Shown here: piece after piece, positions 11,832 through 28,600 of the stretch
How positions within the stretch are numbered: the stretch's first letter is position 1
Layout: every line of letters starts with the position of its first letter
From: the human T2T-CHM13v2.0 reference genome, Homo sapiens
Assembly (NCBI RefSeq): GCF_009914755.1
Contig: NC_060927.1
Strand: one strand, 5' to 3'
Length of the DNA: 64,000 bases
The notes under the pieces: generated by a model
The model's database searches: none
What the model was told of the DNA's origin: nothing
Seen by the model: only the letters and a program-made list of their open reading frames with translations
Program-made: the position numbers and the translations under genes

Positions 11832-14632
11832 CAGTTGACCCGTGAAAAATGCAGGCGTTAAAGATGCCAACTGCCCTCCACACCCCCCAGTTAAAAATCC
11901 ACTTACAACTTTTGACTCCCCCAAAACTTAACTACTAATATCCTATTGTTGACTGGGAATCTTACTGATAACGTAAATAGTTAACACATTGTGGGTTGAT
12001 TTTGCACGTATTATGTATTATTAACTGTATTCTTATAACAAAGTAAGCTAGAGAAAAGAAAATGTTATCAAGAATATCACAAGGAAAAGAAAATACATTT
12101 ACTAATAAGTGTAAGTGGATCATCATAAAGGTCTTCATCTTCCATGCCTTCTGAGTAGGCTGAGGAGGAAGAGGAGGGGTTGGTCTTTCTGTCTCAGGGT
12201 GGCAGAGGCTGACAAGGTGGAAGAGGTGGAAGGGCAAACAGGAGAGGCAGGCAGACTCAGTGTAACTTTACAGAAATACATCATAATTTGTCTGACTTTT
12301 TGTTTTTTTCATTTCTCTAAAAATGTTTCTAAACAGTACCAATCCTTCTTCCACCATTTGCTTTAGTTTCAGTGCCCATATAAAAATAAATCCATGTTGT
12401 AAAAGCAGTCAAAAGCAGTCTTGAGTAACTGGAACCCTACTGTCAGATTGTTTAATGTCAATTTGTTTGCTGACACTGCTTCTTCTACATCTTCTTCCTC
12501 ATCATCTGCCAATGGTTCAGAAGCACTCATCTCCATCAAGGTGTCTTCTTTAAATTCCTCTGGTGTGGTGTCTATTAGCTCCTGAATCTGTCCACGATTC
12601 GTATCTTGAAACCCTTCACCCCCAACCATTTTTTTTTTGTTGCCATATCCACAATCTCATGATTTCCTTGATTGCTCTGCTGTAAATCCCATGAAGTTAT
12701 GCACATCTGGACATAGTTTTCTCCAGCAGGAATTTATTGTTTCAGGCTTGATAGCTTTTATGGCTTTTTCTACAACAGTGGCATCTTCAATGGTGTAATC
12801 CTCTCAGACTTTCATGATATCCTCTCTATTAGGGGTTCTTCCATAGAAAAACCATTTTCTTTCCACTTTCTTCAAAAATGTTGACATTTTCAAAGCCTTT
12901 TATTGAGTAAAAAGCCTGTAATGAGTCCTAAAAAGTCCTATGATCCATGATCTAGAGGCTGAATTACAGGCACTGTGTTTGGTGGCAAGTAGACCATGCT
13001 GATACCTTCAGTGTTTAACTCATGGGGTTCTGGTAGCCACAACCATTGTCCAATATCAAAAGAATTTTAAAAGGCAGTCCCTTAAATGCAAGATACTTAC
13101 TAATTCCAGAAATAAAATATCATTGGGATCAATCCAGAAAAAGTGTTCTCATTGTCCAGGCTTTCTTGCTGTATAACCAAAAGACTGGCAGCTAGTGTTT
13201 CTTCCTTTCAAGGCTTAGGGGTTAGCAGTTTTATAAATAAGGCAAGTCCTGATCATAAAAGTAACAATATTTCCACAAAACAGAGTTAGCCTATCCCTTC
13301 CTGCCTTAAATGCTAGCACTCACTTCTCTTCCTTACTAATAAGGAATGTCCTTTGTGGCATTTTTTTTTTTTTCCAAAATAGGGCATTTTCACCGGCATT
13401 AAAAACCTGTTCAGGCAGATATGCTTTCTCATCAATGATTTTCTTAATGGTGCCTGGGAACTCATCTGCCGCCTCTTGGTCAGCAGTTCCTTCTCCTGTT
13501 TGTTACATTGACATTTTCAAAGCCAAACCTCTTTCTAAAAGTATCAAATCATCCTTTGCTGGCAGTAAATTCTCCAGCTTTAGATCCTTCATCTTTCTTT
13601 TGCTTTAATCAGTCATATAATGACTTTGCTTTTTCTATAATCATATTAGAGTCTAGAGATATAGCTTTCTTATGGTAATCTTGCACCAACATAAAAGATG
13701 CATCTTCAATGTGAGGTTAAGGACTATATCACAAAAAGTTTTTATGCCTACTGGTGTAGCCACAGCAGCAGTGTCATGAATTTCCCTTTTGTTTTTTTTT
13801 CTACAATGGTCCTTACATTGGATTCATTTATCTTGAAATGGCAGGCAACAGCTGCAAACTTCAATCTACAATACTTATCAAACAATTCAACTTTTTGTTA
13901 TTACGTCATGACTTTTCTCTGCTTCTTAGAAGCACTTTTAGCATCACTAGTGGCATTTCATATGGGTCCCAGGGTGCTATTTAAGGTTTACAGTATTACA
14001 CTGAACACAATGAAAAATACACAAGAACCTTGAGAAATCACTTTTTACCATGATATGCAGCTTAAGAGAGAACTGCTCATGGGGAGATGATTAACATCAC
14101 AAGGTATTTTAAATAGATCTCACAACACTTCAGCCCACCACAAATGGAGCACGAGGTAGCTACAAAATTATTATAGTAGTAAAGTATCACAGTTAATTTT
14201 ATGCAGTTATGATTTAATACTGCATTTTTACATTTGTTTATATTTCTCCCCATAAATGTCCTTTGTGGCATTTATGGAGAAAATGATGCTGTGTATGGTC
14301 TATAAGCATGTGTATGCATGAGTTTTGATAAATTTCAACTTTTTATCTATTTTTTATATATTTTATTTAAGATAGATACAAATTTTAGATTTGTACATAT
14401 TTTATGGTAGTCAATGAAAAAACAGACTAGTATGGACATACATTTTATGCTTTCATGACAATCTTTTTCTTAGTTTTTTTTTTTTTTTAGTATTTCTAGG
14501 CTATATGGTTTGTCTGTGAGTTTTTACAAATTCTCATAAATCTCCTAAAATTCATCTGACATATTTATAGAAACAAATCCACATATAAGTGGAATCATGC
14601 AGTTCAAACCATGTTGTTCAAGGGTCCAACTG
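11832..14632 (-). mobile_element. Full-length Tigger2 (TcMar-pogo) DNA transposon with decayed transposase
   Basis: TIRs cagttgacccgtgaa / ttcaagggtccaactg, TA on both sides, about 2.8 kb, transposase remnants on the minus strand. Confidence 0.93.
12369..13960 (-). pseudogene. Disrupted Tigger2 transposase
   Basis: ORF 12369..12629 MVGGEGFQD...IQELIDTTPEE...DDEEEDVEEAV is the acidic C-terminus. An MPQRT motif lies near 13350. Many frameshifts. Confidence 0.85.
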
Positions 14633-14964
14633 TATTTTAAGCTTTGTGTGCCATGCAGCCTTCATTTCAACTATTTAATATTGCCATTATAGCATAAAAC
14701 CAGCGATAATCAATACACAAATGAATGGACATGTCTATGTTCCAAGAAAACTGTATTTGTAAAAAGCAGCAGCCGACAGCAGGCTACATTTACTGAATCT
14801 CCGATCACTACTCTGTACCACCTACTTGCTCTCCCCAAGTTGCCATCATCCTCAGACTATGAAATCCCTCCACCTTATTTTCTGAAGCTCACTGTTACCC
14901 TACTACTCTCTAACACTACTACCATAATCATTTGTGTGGTTTCTACTTCACTCTATAAAATCTA

Positions 14965-15118
14965 GAATGTGTCCAGGTTTTGTGAAAACAAGCATATACA
15001 GTTGGGGAACAGGGATAGACTATAGGAAAAAAATTAAATTATGAATGTTAAATTGCCCCTGTGTAAGTAAGGACCCTGACACTTATAGCTTCATTGGCTT
15101 CATGGTAAATCCACCTAT
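14965..15118 (+). mobile_element. MER53-like hAT MITE
   Basis: tccaggttttgtg ... gcttcattggcttcatggtaaatccacct. Confidence 0.7.
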
Positions 15119-15164
15119 AGTATTTCAGAACTCTGACTCTAACCACTGAAAACAAAACTTCAGT

Positions 15165-15355
15165 AGCTACTTACATCACATTACAGACAAATCCTTCCAT
15201 GCCTCACCTCTCAACTGCTTAAGCTCCTGTCCTCTGGGACTTTTGTCCTCCATCCCACCTCAGTCACATAATCCCATGCTTTCATGAGCCAGGAGATGGA
15301 AACCTCTGTCATCTCACTTTTAGGCATCTGACTCCTCATCCACTATCTCAGCCAG
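15165..15355 (+). mobile_element. L2 ORF2 (endonuclease region) fragment; related pieces at about 11300-11600 and 14830-14940
   Basis: gacttttgtcctccatcccacctcagtcacataatcccatg resembles the L2 EN region. Confidence 0.55.
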
Positions 15356-15500
15356 TCAATAGGGCTACTAAGAATCTTAAAGGCATTGTTCCACAGTATC
15401 CCAATTGTCAGCCAAAGTTAGAGGAGAATATTTTGAAGAAATTTAAGGGTAGAATTTTTGTTTAATGGAATGAAAATAAGTAATTTACAGAAAACAGTGT

Positions 15501-18272
<2,772 letters not shown>

Positions 18273-18289
18273 TGAAAACAAAGTTTTTA

Positions 18290-18945
18290 ACTGAATTGTA
18301 TCATTAGATGCAACTCCAGCTTGATAGGGACAATTCTTTTCAGCATGCAAAGAGGTCTCAAGGTTCCCCAATCTTCTATGGACAGGAATCAGGCTGAGAA
18401 ATCTACTCAACTACAATTATGAGCCATTCTTATGTAAAAGGAAGAAGGTTCGGAGAGCATAAAGAACAGCCACAGAGAAGCATTCCCAAGGAGCAGAATT
18501 TTGCCCAAAGCAAGTAATATTTTTCCCCTAGAACAAAGAGAACTTGCCCATCAAGTTTTCAGTGCTGCCATGGATCAGTGACTGCTAGGTGCCTTCTGTT
18601 TTTCTACTTTTTAAATGAAAGTGTCTATAGTGGTGCTTCTTTCTGTGTCTCATCATTATAGTACGGGAATGTGAGGGAGCAGATGATTTGTGTCCTCAGT
18701 TCACATGTCATCAAGATTGAAAGAAACAATATTCAAGGAGGTGCACCTGAGGATATGTACCCAAGGAGCCTCATGTATATATAGATTTAATTTAGATGAC
18801 AAGATCCTTGATTAGGAAGCCTGAAACTAATCCTGTAAGATGAGATCTGGGAGGATATTAGAACAATGTTGTATTGTGTGTGGAAGAGACAGAATCATTA
18901 GGGGCTAGAGAACACACTGTAGTACCTGATCTCCAAATACAGTCC
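18290..18945 (+). mobile_element. MLT1-int (ERVL-MaLR internal) 3' portion plus LTR start; probably continues at about 15390-15500 across the L1
   Basis: gtattgtgtgtggaagagacagaatcattaggggctagagaacacac|tgtagt matches a MaLR polypurine-tract/LTR junction. Confidence 0.65.
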
Positions 18946-18999
18946 TCTGGGTTATCTTCTTGTATTTAATGAACTATGCCTGCTTGTAGTCACATCCTT

Positions 19000-21900
19000 T
19001 GTGGGATGTTTTTAATTACTAATCCAATCTCTGTTATAAGTCTCTTCATTTTTTCTATTTCTTATTCAGTCAGTTTTAACAGTTTGTCTTTCTAGAAATT
19101 TCATCTAAGTTATCTAATTTATTGGCATACATTTTTTCATAGTATGCCCTTATAATCCTTTTTATCTTTATGAGGTCAAAAGTGATGACTTATTTTCAAA
19201 TTAGCTGACTCTTTTTTCTGCCAGTTCAAATCCATCATTGACGCCCTTTAGTGAATTGTTCATTTCAGTTATTCTACTGTTCAACTTCTGAATTTCCATT
19301 TGGTTCATTTTGTTAATTTCTGTCTCTTTATATTATCTACTTGATGTGACATCATTTCCACACTTTCCTTTAATTCTTTAGACATGGTTTCCTGCAGTTC
19401 TTTGCACATACTTATAATAATTGATTTAAAATCTGCCTAGTAAATCCAACATATTGGTCCTTTCAGAAATAGTTTGCCTTGCTTTTTTCCTGTGTATAGG
19501 CCGTATTTTCCTAGTTTGGCTTTTTGACATGCTTTGTGATTTTTTGTTGAAAACTGAACACCTTGGATGATATAATGTGTCAACACTGGAAATCAGACCC
19601 TCCTACTGAGGATATTTTGTTATTGCTATTTTATTGTTTGTTCAGTGACACTTTTGTGCTAATATTATAAAGTCTATATTCCCTGTAGAGTCTGGCCACA
19701 GAATGGTCCATTCATTTAGTTCAGTGGCCAGCTAACAACTGGCCAGACATTTCCTTAAATGCCTTACATCAGTAAGTCTTCCACCCTTTGCCAAGGGGCT
19801 GTTTTTATGTGTTGGAGCATGCCTGCAAAATTTAGGCAATTTACAATTCTGCACAGGGCCTCAACATCAGCCAGAAGAGAGACTGGGTCCCCTTCAGGTC
19901 TTTCTTCATCATATGTATAGCCCTATGCATGCACACAGCCTTCTGTATTCCCCAGGAATAAATTAGGAGTTTTGCAAAGTCTCCAGTGGATATTTCCTTC
20001 CCTAAAACTTCTTTTAAGTTTCTTCACAAACTCTTCTTTGCTCCAGATGGTCTCTCAACTTCAAGCAGCTATGATGTTTAAAACTTGACAATGATTGTTT
20101 GCTATAAATGCCAGTACTATTGACTTTCCCCCTCAGATGAGCTCCATTTCAGGTCAAACAGTGACAATGACCTATGAGTAGGGTTTTTCCAGGGAGGTAT
20201 GAGACAGGTCAAATTGTGGCAATGCTCTGGGAGTGAAATTTTTAGTGGGGGGTTCCAAATACAACTGGCCCATTTCAGATGCTTCAAGTCTACTTGACCT
20301 CTACAGTGTTTTTGAAGCTGCTAATTTTCAAGGCTACCATGCAGGTATGAAAGAGAGGACGGGGTCAGACTAAGTTACACTGCCACCAACTCACTGTTCT
20401 TACTGAGATTCATCAGTTTTTCTTGAATAAACACTCCTTGTATTGTTGCAAGCCTGTGGTAACTTGGTAATTTACGGAATTCTCAATGTTAACTTTCACA
20501 ATTTACTCATTGTTTTTGTTGGTTTTATTGTGCGGCAGATTTGTGGAGGTCCTCAATTCACCTTTCTGGAAACCTACCTAGTCCGTTTTATTTTAGGTAA
20601 TTACAGAGTAACAAAAAAAAAGGTATTCTTTCATATTTAACCACATTCGCGTTCTCTCTTGTGCACTTCATTTCTTACGGCAAATTCGAGTTTGAGTTTT
20701 CATCTGGTATCTCTTCCTTTTAGCCTGAAAAACTTAATTTAGCATTTCCCTGCAGTGACAAATTTTCCTAGCTGTAATTTATCTCAAGTGTCCTTATTTC
20801 AACTTCATTTTAAAAGACACTTTCTGGAGATATAAAAATATAGATTGGCAACTTTATATTCTTTCGGCACTTTAAAGATGGTTTTCTGCTTCTCTGGCCT
20901 CCATTATTTCTGACAAGAGGTCAGCCACCATTTGTATTATTCATTACCCTTTATGTAATATATAATTTTTCTGTGAATATTTTTAAGATTTTACCTCCAA
21001 TTTTTAGGAGTTTGACTATCGTGTGCTTAGGTGAATTTTGCTTGCTTTTTAATCTTCCAAGGGTTTTCTGACCTTTCTAAGTATGTAGATAAATATGCTT
21101 TACCAAATTTGTGAAGATCTTGGCCATTACTTCTTTAAATTCTTTTTCTGCCCCATTCTCTCTCTTCTGTTTCTGGGATTCCAAGTACAAGTATATTAGA
21201 ATCCTGGAAATTGTCCCATAGGCTTTTTCATTTTTTTAAATCTTTTCTTTCTCCGTCTCTCACATGGGAAAATTTCTATTAATCTTCTATGGTTTTTAAT
21301 CTGCTGAAAAGCCCAGCCAGGTAATTTTTTTGTTTTAAGTACTGAACTTTGCAGTTTAAGACTTTTATATGGTTCTTCTTTATAGATTCATTACTCTGAT
21401 GAGATTTTCTACCTCATCTCTTCACTTATAATCTTTACTTTTTGGCTTTGAATATATTTGTAATAGTTTTTTCAAAATTCTGACCTGTTAATTCCAACAT
21501 CTGGGTAATATTGGGTTTTGTTTCAGCTGACATTTTATTATTATTATGGGTCACATTCTTCAAATTCTTTCTGCACCCCCTAAGTTTTGGTTTATGCTAG
21601 TCACTGTGAATAATATATTGTGGGGAATCTGGATTATGCCACCTTCTTTTTAGTGGTACTGATTTTTGTTCTGGGTGGCAGTTAAATTCTTGGTGGCTCT
21701 TTTGACCCCAAAATGCTTAGTTTTATTCTGTTAGGACAGATCTATATTGATTTAATCCTTAGACCAAGGACTTAGCCCTTACTTTAGGACATGACCCATA
21801 TTCTAAAGCAGGTCTGTAGTAGCCCTTAATTTCAGGCTAGTTTAGCTTTACTCAGATGCATAGCAAGGACTGCCACTGTGGTGAGGCTGGGGTTCCAACA

Positions 21901-22525
21901 TCTTTCATTACCATTCATCATCGTGTCAGTTCAGCTCTCAGCCTTGCAACATGTACCCCACATCTGTGAGGCCTAACGTAATCTTGCTCTGTGAAAGTAT
22001 AGCCCAGCCTTCACCAAAAACCTGTGGAAAACTCCGATGTAGGTTTCTGGGCCCTATTCCTCTATGAAACTCACTCCTCTCTTATACTCTGCCCTGTTAA
22101 TCCGCACTAGCTCACATCCCTAAACACTGGTCTCTTCCTTCCCAAGCTCAACAAGACCTCTATTTCTACTTAGATTCTACTTTCCTCCCTAGGCCCTAAA
22201 AAAAAAAAAAAAAAAAAGCCAGAGTGAACACAAGGTTCACCTCACGTGTTTCACTCCACTCAAGGACCACAGCCCTATTCTGTCTATGTTAAAAGATGTT
22301 TTCCTGCTCTTCTGGCCTCTGCTGATTTTGACAAGAGGTCAGTTATCATTTGCATTGCTTGCCCTCCTTGATGTAATTAGTAGTTTTTCTATGAATACGT
22401 TCAAAACATTATTTCCAGTTTTCAGGTTGCTTGAAAACAGTTGCTTCACATACTTTGTTGAGTTTTACTGTCACTGATAGTGGGAGGGCATGTTACTACC
22501 AGTCACTGTCATAAGAGAAAGCCAA
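19000..22525 (-). mobile_element. Ancient L1M (L1MD/ME-type) ORF2, ORF1 and 5' UTR fragments, at least two elements
   Basis: T-rich antisense L1M motifs, e.g. tttcatctaagttatctaatttattggcata, cactttaaagatg...tgacaagaggtcagcc, gaaaacagttgcttcacata. Confidence 0.7.
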
Positions 22526-22667
22526 TATGCATACCTTTTCAGGAGCACATTATAAATCATGAAAATTGAACACAGAGTAGGTTCAAGGTAACATCAATAA
22601 ATTTTAAAAAGTAGAAATGGTACTCCCAACATTTGCTGACCATAGTGCAGTAAAACTAGAAATATCT

Positions 22668-25600
22668 GGGAGGATTTCAAGATGGCTGACTAAAGGCACA
22701 CATGTCGTCCAAAAGGAAGGACCAAAACAGTAAGGAGATAATCATGTGTTGATTACAGCATCTAAGAGAGAGCACTAGAATTCAGCAGGGAAGGGACAGG
22801 GAACATCTGAGGCACAGAAAGAGAAGTGAGGCAGCCACTGCCACCCAGCCAGGATCAACTTGGAGCCCAGAGAGGCTCTCCAGTATAGGGAAAGGATAAG
22901 AGATCCCAGTGGTCCACATTCCCACTGTGGACCCTTGCAAACCCTAGCCATGGGAGAGCTCCTTCACTCTTACAGGCCCTGAGACTAGTAGAGTGAGCTG
23001 CCTGGAGTCCAGGCAATGGCACCGCTCCAGACAGGGATTTCACACAGGGTCCCACGCATTCTCCCAAGACCCAAGTAGCTGCAGAATGGCATTCTGAGCA
23101 CCCAGCTCCCACCATACTGCATTCTGCCCTGAGGCCCAATAGCCCCTAAATCTCTATGTCCCTGGAGTCCTGCTGACATCCCTCAGTATCCATCCAGAGG
23201 GTTGCAGCAATGCAATGCCAGCTGGAACCATAATGTGGCCAGTTTCCAGCAATCTAGCCCATGCGGTGTCCTACACCATGAAAACAAGCATTGCAGTGAG
23301 CCAGGGAGGCTGCTCTTGGGACAAACGGAGCCAAAACATGCACTCCTCAGAGACTGAGAGTGGCCTGCCTGCTGCCTGGGGATGCTGCCACCAACAGCAA
23401 CCCTGTACTCACCCCTACCCCCACAGTAACAGGGCTATTGCATACTTGCAAGTGTGTTCAGTGGGCCTAGGGACCAGCCCTTTAGGATACCAACCCAGGA
23501 CTTGAGGATGGGCTCATCTTGCCCGCTGCTGCTGCCACCTGAGCACACCATACAGGAACCTGGGGAATGCCTTGCTCCACCCACCATAGCCTGTGCCCAT
23601 GTGCACCATTAGAAAGTCTGAGGAAGGCCCTGCTTCACCTGGTGTCACCTCTCTAGGTGTCCACACACATCTCCCAAGGGCCTGGGGGTCATCTCAATAT
23701 GTCTGTTGCCCCAGACACACATACACATCAGGAGGCCTGACACAGGACCCAGCCTACCCCAATCCCCAGTGCCCGTACATTCTGCTTGGGGGCCTGGTGA
23801 CTGGCCCACTCCACCTATCACCCTGAGCAAGCACATACACCATCAGAAACCCTGACAAAAGACATAGCCTACCTGCCACCAGCACCCAAGCACACTGTCT
23901 CAGGACCTGGTGATTATCCTGCCCTATCCACCCACACATGCCACATGGGGGCATGGAGACTGGCATGCGCAGAACATCATTACCACTGTTAGCATCAGCA
24001 TATGCCACATGGGAGCCCAACAGTTGGCTCGCCACCACAATGCCATTGCAGATGCCATGTACACTACCCAGAGGCAAAATGACCCACCCACCCTCCCTGC
24101 CCACTACTGCCACCTCCAGGACCTGAGCAAGCCATCTTTAGGGCCATAAATTAACCCACCTACAGTCACTAATACTGGTGCCCACCTATACCATCCAGGG
24201 ACCCAAAGACAGGCACCCTCAGGTCACTGCCGCCGCCACCACCACCAGGCTGGCCTGAGGAACAGCCTGGGTGGCATCTCCATCCCCCAGCAAAATATCA
24301 CCATTGCCTCCATTAACAACCATATCCTAAGCCACAGAGGAAATCACAGATACCACTGATGCTGACTGCAGCCAAAGAAATCATAAAGATACTACACTAC
24401 TGCATGAACCCTGAATCAAAGCTGAAGTGCCCTACTCAACCAACACTACAGATACATCTACAGGAGAAAAGTCTTCCCCTAAGAAACCCAATCTGAAAAA
24501 TAGGAAGAAGTGCCTGTTACACAAGATGCATCGATATCAACATAAGGACATAAGAGAAATGAAAAGGCAAAGAAACATGACACCACCAAAGGAACACAAT
24601 AATTGTCTAGTAACAGATCCCAACAAAACAGAAATCAAAGGTATTTGTAAAAAAGAATTGAAACTAATGATATTAAAGAGGCTCAGTGAAATATAAGAGA
24701 ATACAAATGAACAAAATAGAAAAACAACTCATGATATCAATGAGAATTTCAACAAAGAGACAGCTGTCATTAAGTAGGACCAAACAGAAAATCTGGAACT
24801 GAAGAATTAAATGAATGGAATAAAAATTCAATCAATAACTTCAATAATAGACCATATAAAGCAGAAGACAGAATTTTAGAAATTGAAGAAAGGTCTTGAA
24901 ATAACCCAGTCAGATAAAAAATAATAAAAATTTAAAAAATCAAAAAAGCTTCTCTGATATATCAGACACCATAAAGAGAGCAAATATTCAAATTTTGGGT
25001 GTTCTAGAAGTAGAAGAGATAGGCAACAGCATAGAAAAATCTATGTAATAAAATAATAGCTGAAAAATTCCTAAGTCTTGCAAGATCTTTAGACTCCAGA
25101 AATAGGAAGCTCAAATATTGCCAATCAGATACAACCCAAAAAGGTCTTCTCTAAGGCACATTATAGTCAAACTGTCAAAAGTCAAAGAAAAAGAAAGAAT
25201 TCTAAAAACAGTAAGAAAAAAAAGTGTCAAGTCACATATAAGGAAATGACCATCAGGCTAACTGGATCTCTCAGCAGAAAGTCTAGAGGTCAGGAGACAA
25301 TTGGATGATATATTTGAAGTGCTAAGAAAAAAAAAGAAAACAACAACAAAAACCCTGTGAGCTAAGAACACTATGTCTAGCAAACCTATCCTTCAAAATG
25401 TAAGACAAATAAAATCTTTAGCAGACAAACACAAACTAAGAGAGCTCATCACCACTAGGCCAGTCACACAAAAAATGCTTAAAGGAATCCTACATATGAG
25501 AGGGAAAGGACAATATTTACCATCACAAAAGTATAAAACCTACTGGTAGAGCAAACAAAAATGAGAAGCAGAAAAAATTCAAATGCGAGCATAACATAAA

Positions 25601-28600
25601 GCCTAAGTAGTTATTAACTACGGTAAACAATAAAAGAGAAAGAAAGAAACAAAAGATATGCAAAACAACCAGAAGATAAATTTAAAAATGACTGAAATAA
25701 GTCCTTACCTATCAATAATAACCTTGAATATAAATGGATTAAACTCCCCACTTAAAAGGTATAGACTAGCTGAGTGAATTTTAAAAACCATGAAGCATCT
25801 TGCTGCCTACAAGAAATGTATTTCACCTCTAAACATACACATAAACTTAAAGTAAAGGTATGGAAAAATGTATCTCACATGAACAAAAACCAAAAGCAAG
25901 CAAAAGTAGCTACATTTATATAAGATAAAATACACTCAAAAACATTACAGTCAAAACACAAAAAAGAAACAAGATCATTACATAACAATAAAGGAATCAA
26001 TTCAGCAAGAGGATATAACAATTCTAAATGTTTATGTACCCAATGCTACAGAACCCAGATATATAAAGTATTAGATCTAAGGGGAGAGATTTTAATAGAT
26101 GTTAATACAATAGTTGGGGATTTTGACATAACACTCTCATTAGACAGATAATCGAGACAGAAAAATCAACAACAAAACACTGTATTTAAACTGTATTTTA
26201 GATCATATGGACCTAACATACATTTGCGGAACATTTAATCCAACAACTGCAGAATATATGTTCTTCTCATCAGCACATTAAACATTCTCCAGGATAGACA
26301 ATGTTAGGCCACAAAACAAGTCTCAACAAATTTTTAAAAATCAAAATCATATCAACTATTTTCTCAGAACATAATGGAGTAAAACTAGAAATCAATACCA
26401 TAAAGAATGCTGGAAACTATACAAATACATGGCAACAAATTTGCTCCTGAATGACCACTGGTTCAGTGAAGAAATCAGGAAACAAAAAAAAAGTTACTGA
26501 AACAAATGATAATTGAAATACAACATACCAAAACATATGGGATACAACAAAAGCAGTGCTAAGAGGGAAGTTTATAGCAATAACACATCTACATTAAAAA
26601 GTAGAAAGATTTCACTTAAACAATCTAAAAACATACCTAAAGAAACCAGAAAAGAACAAACCAAAACCAAAATTAGTAGCAGGAAATAATAAAGATCAGA
26701 TTAGAACTAAAAAGAAAAAGAGAGAGGCGAAAAAGCATAAAGGATCAACAAAAGGAAAAGTTTGGTTTTTTTGAAAAAATAAAATAAAAAACCACTAGCA
26801 ACACTAAACAAGAAAAAAAGGAAGAAGACCGAAATAAACAAAATCAGAAATGAAAAAGGAAACATTACTGCTGCTATAGAAATACAAAAGATCATCAGAG
26901 ACGATTATGAGCAGCTATACACTAACAACCAGGAAAACCTAGAGAAAATAGACAAATTCCTAGGCATATACAACTGCCAAGATTGAATCAGGAAAAACAG
27001 AAAACCTAAATAGACCAATAATGAGTAATGAGATTGAATCAATAATAATAATAAATCTTCCAGCAAAGAAAAGTCCAGGACCAGATCACTTCACTGCCCA
27101 ATTCTACCAAACTTTCAAAGAAGAATTAATACCAATTCTCCACCAAATATTGCAAAGAAATGAAAAGAAGATAATTACCCCCAACTCATTCTACAAGGCC
27201 AGCATTACCAAATCCAGATAAGAACACAACTACAAAAAAACCCTACAGGCCAAGAGCCCTGATGAACAGAGACACAAAAATCTTCAACAAAACACTAGCA
27301 AAAAGAATCCAACAGAACATCAAAAAGATAATGCACTGTGACCAAGTGGGATTTATTTCAGGGACGCAAGGATGGTTCAACATATGCAAATCAATAAATG
27401 TGATACATCATCTCACAGAATGAAGGATAAAAAACGTGATCATCTCAAAGAATGCAGAAAAGGTATTAACACGGTTCAATATCTCTTCATGATAAAAACT
27501 CTAAACAAACTAGGCACTGAAGGAATATACCTCAATATATAGTAATAAAGGCCAAATATGACAAACAGCTAACATCATGCTGTATGGTGGAAAGCTGAAA
27601 GCCTTTCCTCTAAGAACTGGAACAAGATAAGGATGCCCACTTTCACCACTCCTATACAACATAAAATTGGAAATCCTAGCCAGAGCAATCAAGCAAGAGA
27701 AAGAAATAAAAAGCATCCAAACAGGAAAAGAGGAAGTCGAATTGTCCCTCTTTGCTAATGATATAATCTTATATCTAAAAATAACTAAACACTCCAACCA
27801 AAAACCTCTTGGATCTGATAAATTTAGTAAAGTAGAATGCAAAAATCACCACATAAAAATCAGTAGTCTTTTTATACACTAATAATAAACTAGCTGAGGA
27901 AAAAAATCAAGAAGGCAAACCCATTTTCAACAGCTTAAAAAAATACCTAGGAATAAATTTAACCAAGGAGGTAAAATACCTCTAAAAGGAAAACTTCAAA
28001 ACATAAGAAACTGAGGAGGACAAAAATAAATAGAAAAACATCCTATGCTCATGGGTTAGAAGAATTAATATTGTTAAAATGATCATACTGCCCAAAAGCT
28101 ATATTGAGTCATAGCAATTCCTATCAAAGTACTGATGCTATTTTTTACAGAAATAGAAAAAAAAATCCTTAAATTCATATGGAACCCAAAAAGAGCCCAA
28201 ATAGCCAAAGCAATCTGGAGAAAAATAAAAACAACAGAAAAGGTTGGAGGCATCATACTACCTGACTTCAAAACACATTACAAGGCTATGTAACCAAAAC
28301 AACATGGTATTGGTATAAAATCAGACATATAGATCAATGGAGCAGAACTGAGATCCCAGATATAAATTCATGTATTCACAGCCAACTGATTTTCAACAAT
28401 GATGCCAAAAACATACAATGGAGATAGGGCTCCTTCTTCAATAAATGGTGCTGGGAAAATTGGATAGTTATATGCAGAAGAATAAAACTCAACTGTTACC
28501 TCTCACCTTATACAAAAATCAACTCAGGATAGATCAAAGACTTAACCATAAGACCAGAAACCATAATATTACTAGAAAAAAATATAGAGATAATTCTTCA

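Larger units (their letters stand above)
11789..14803 (-). mobile_element. MER58A split by the Tigger2 insertion (pieces about 11789-11831 and 14633-14803)
   Basis: taggaactgacaaacatttt...gtaaata | ttttaagctttgtgtgccat...aaatgaatggacatgtctatgttccaagaaaac rejoins as an antisense MER58A. Confidence 0.7.

Noticed and set aside
23200-24300. GC-rich repeated units and overlapping ORFs suggesting a CpG-island gene or CRISPR-like array
   Set aside because: This is the degenerate monomer region of the L1MA 5' UTR. It is CpG-depleted with no constant repeat-spacer periodicity.
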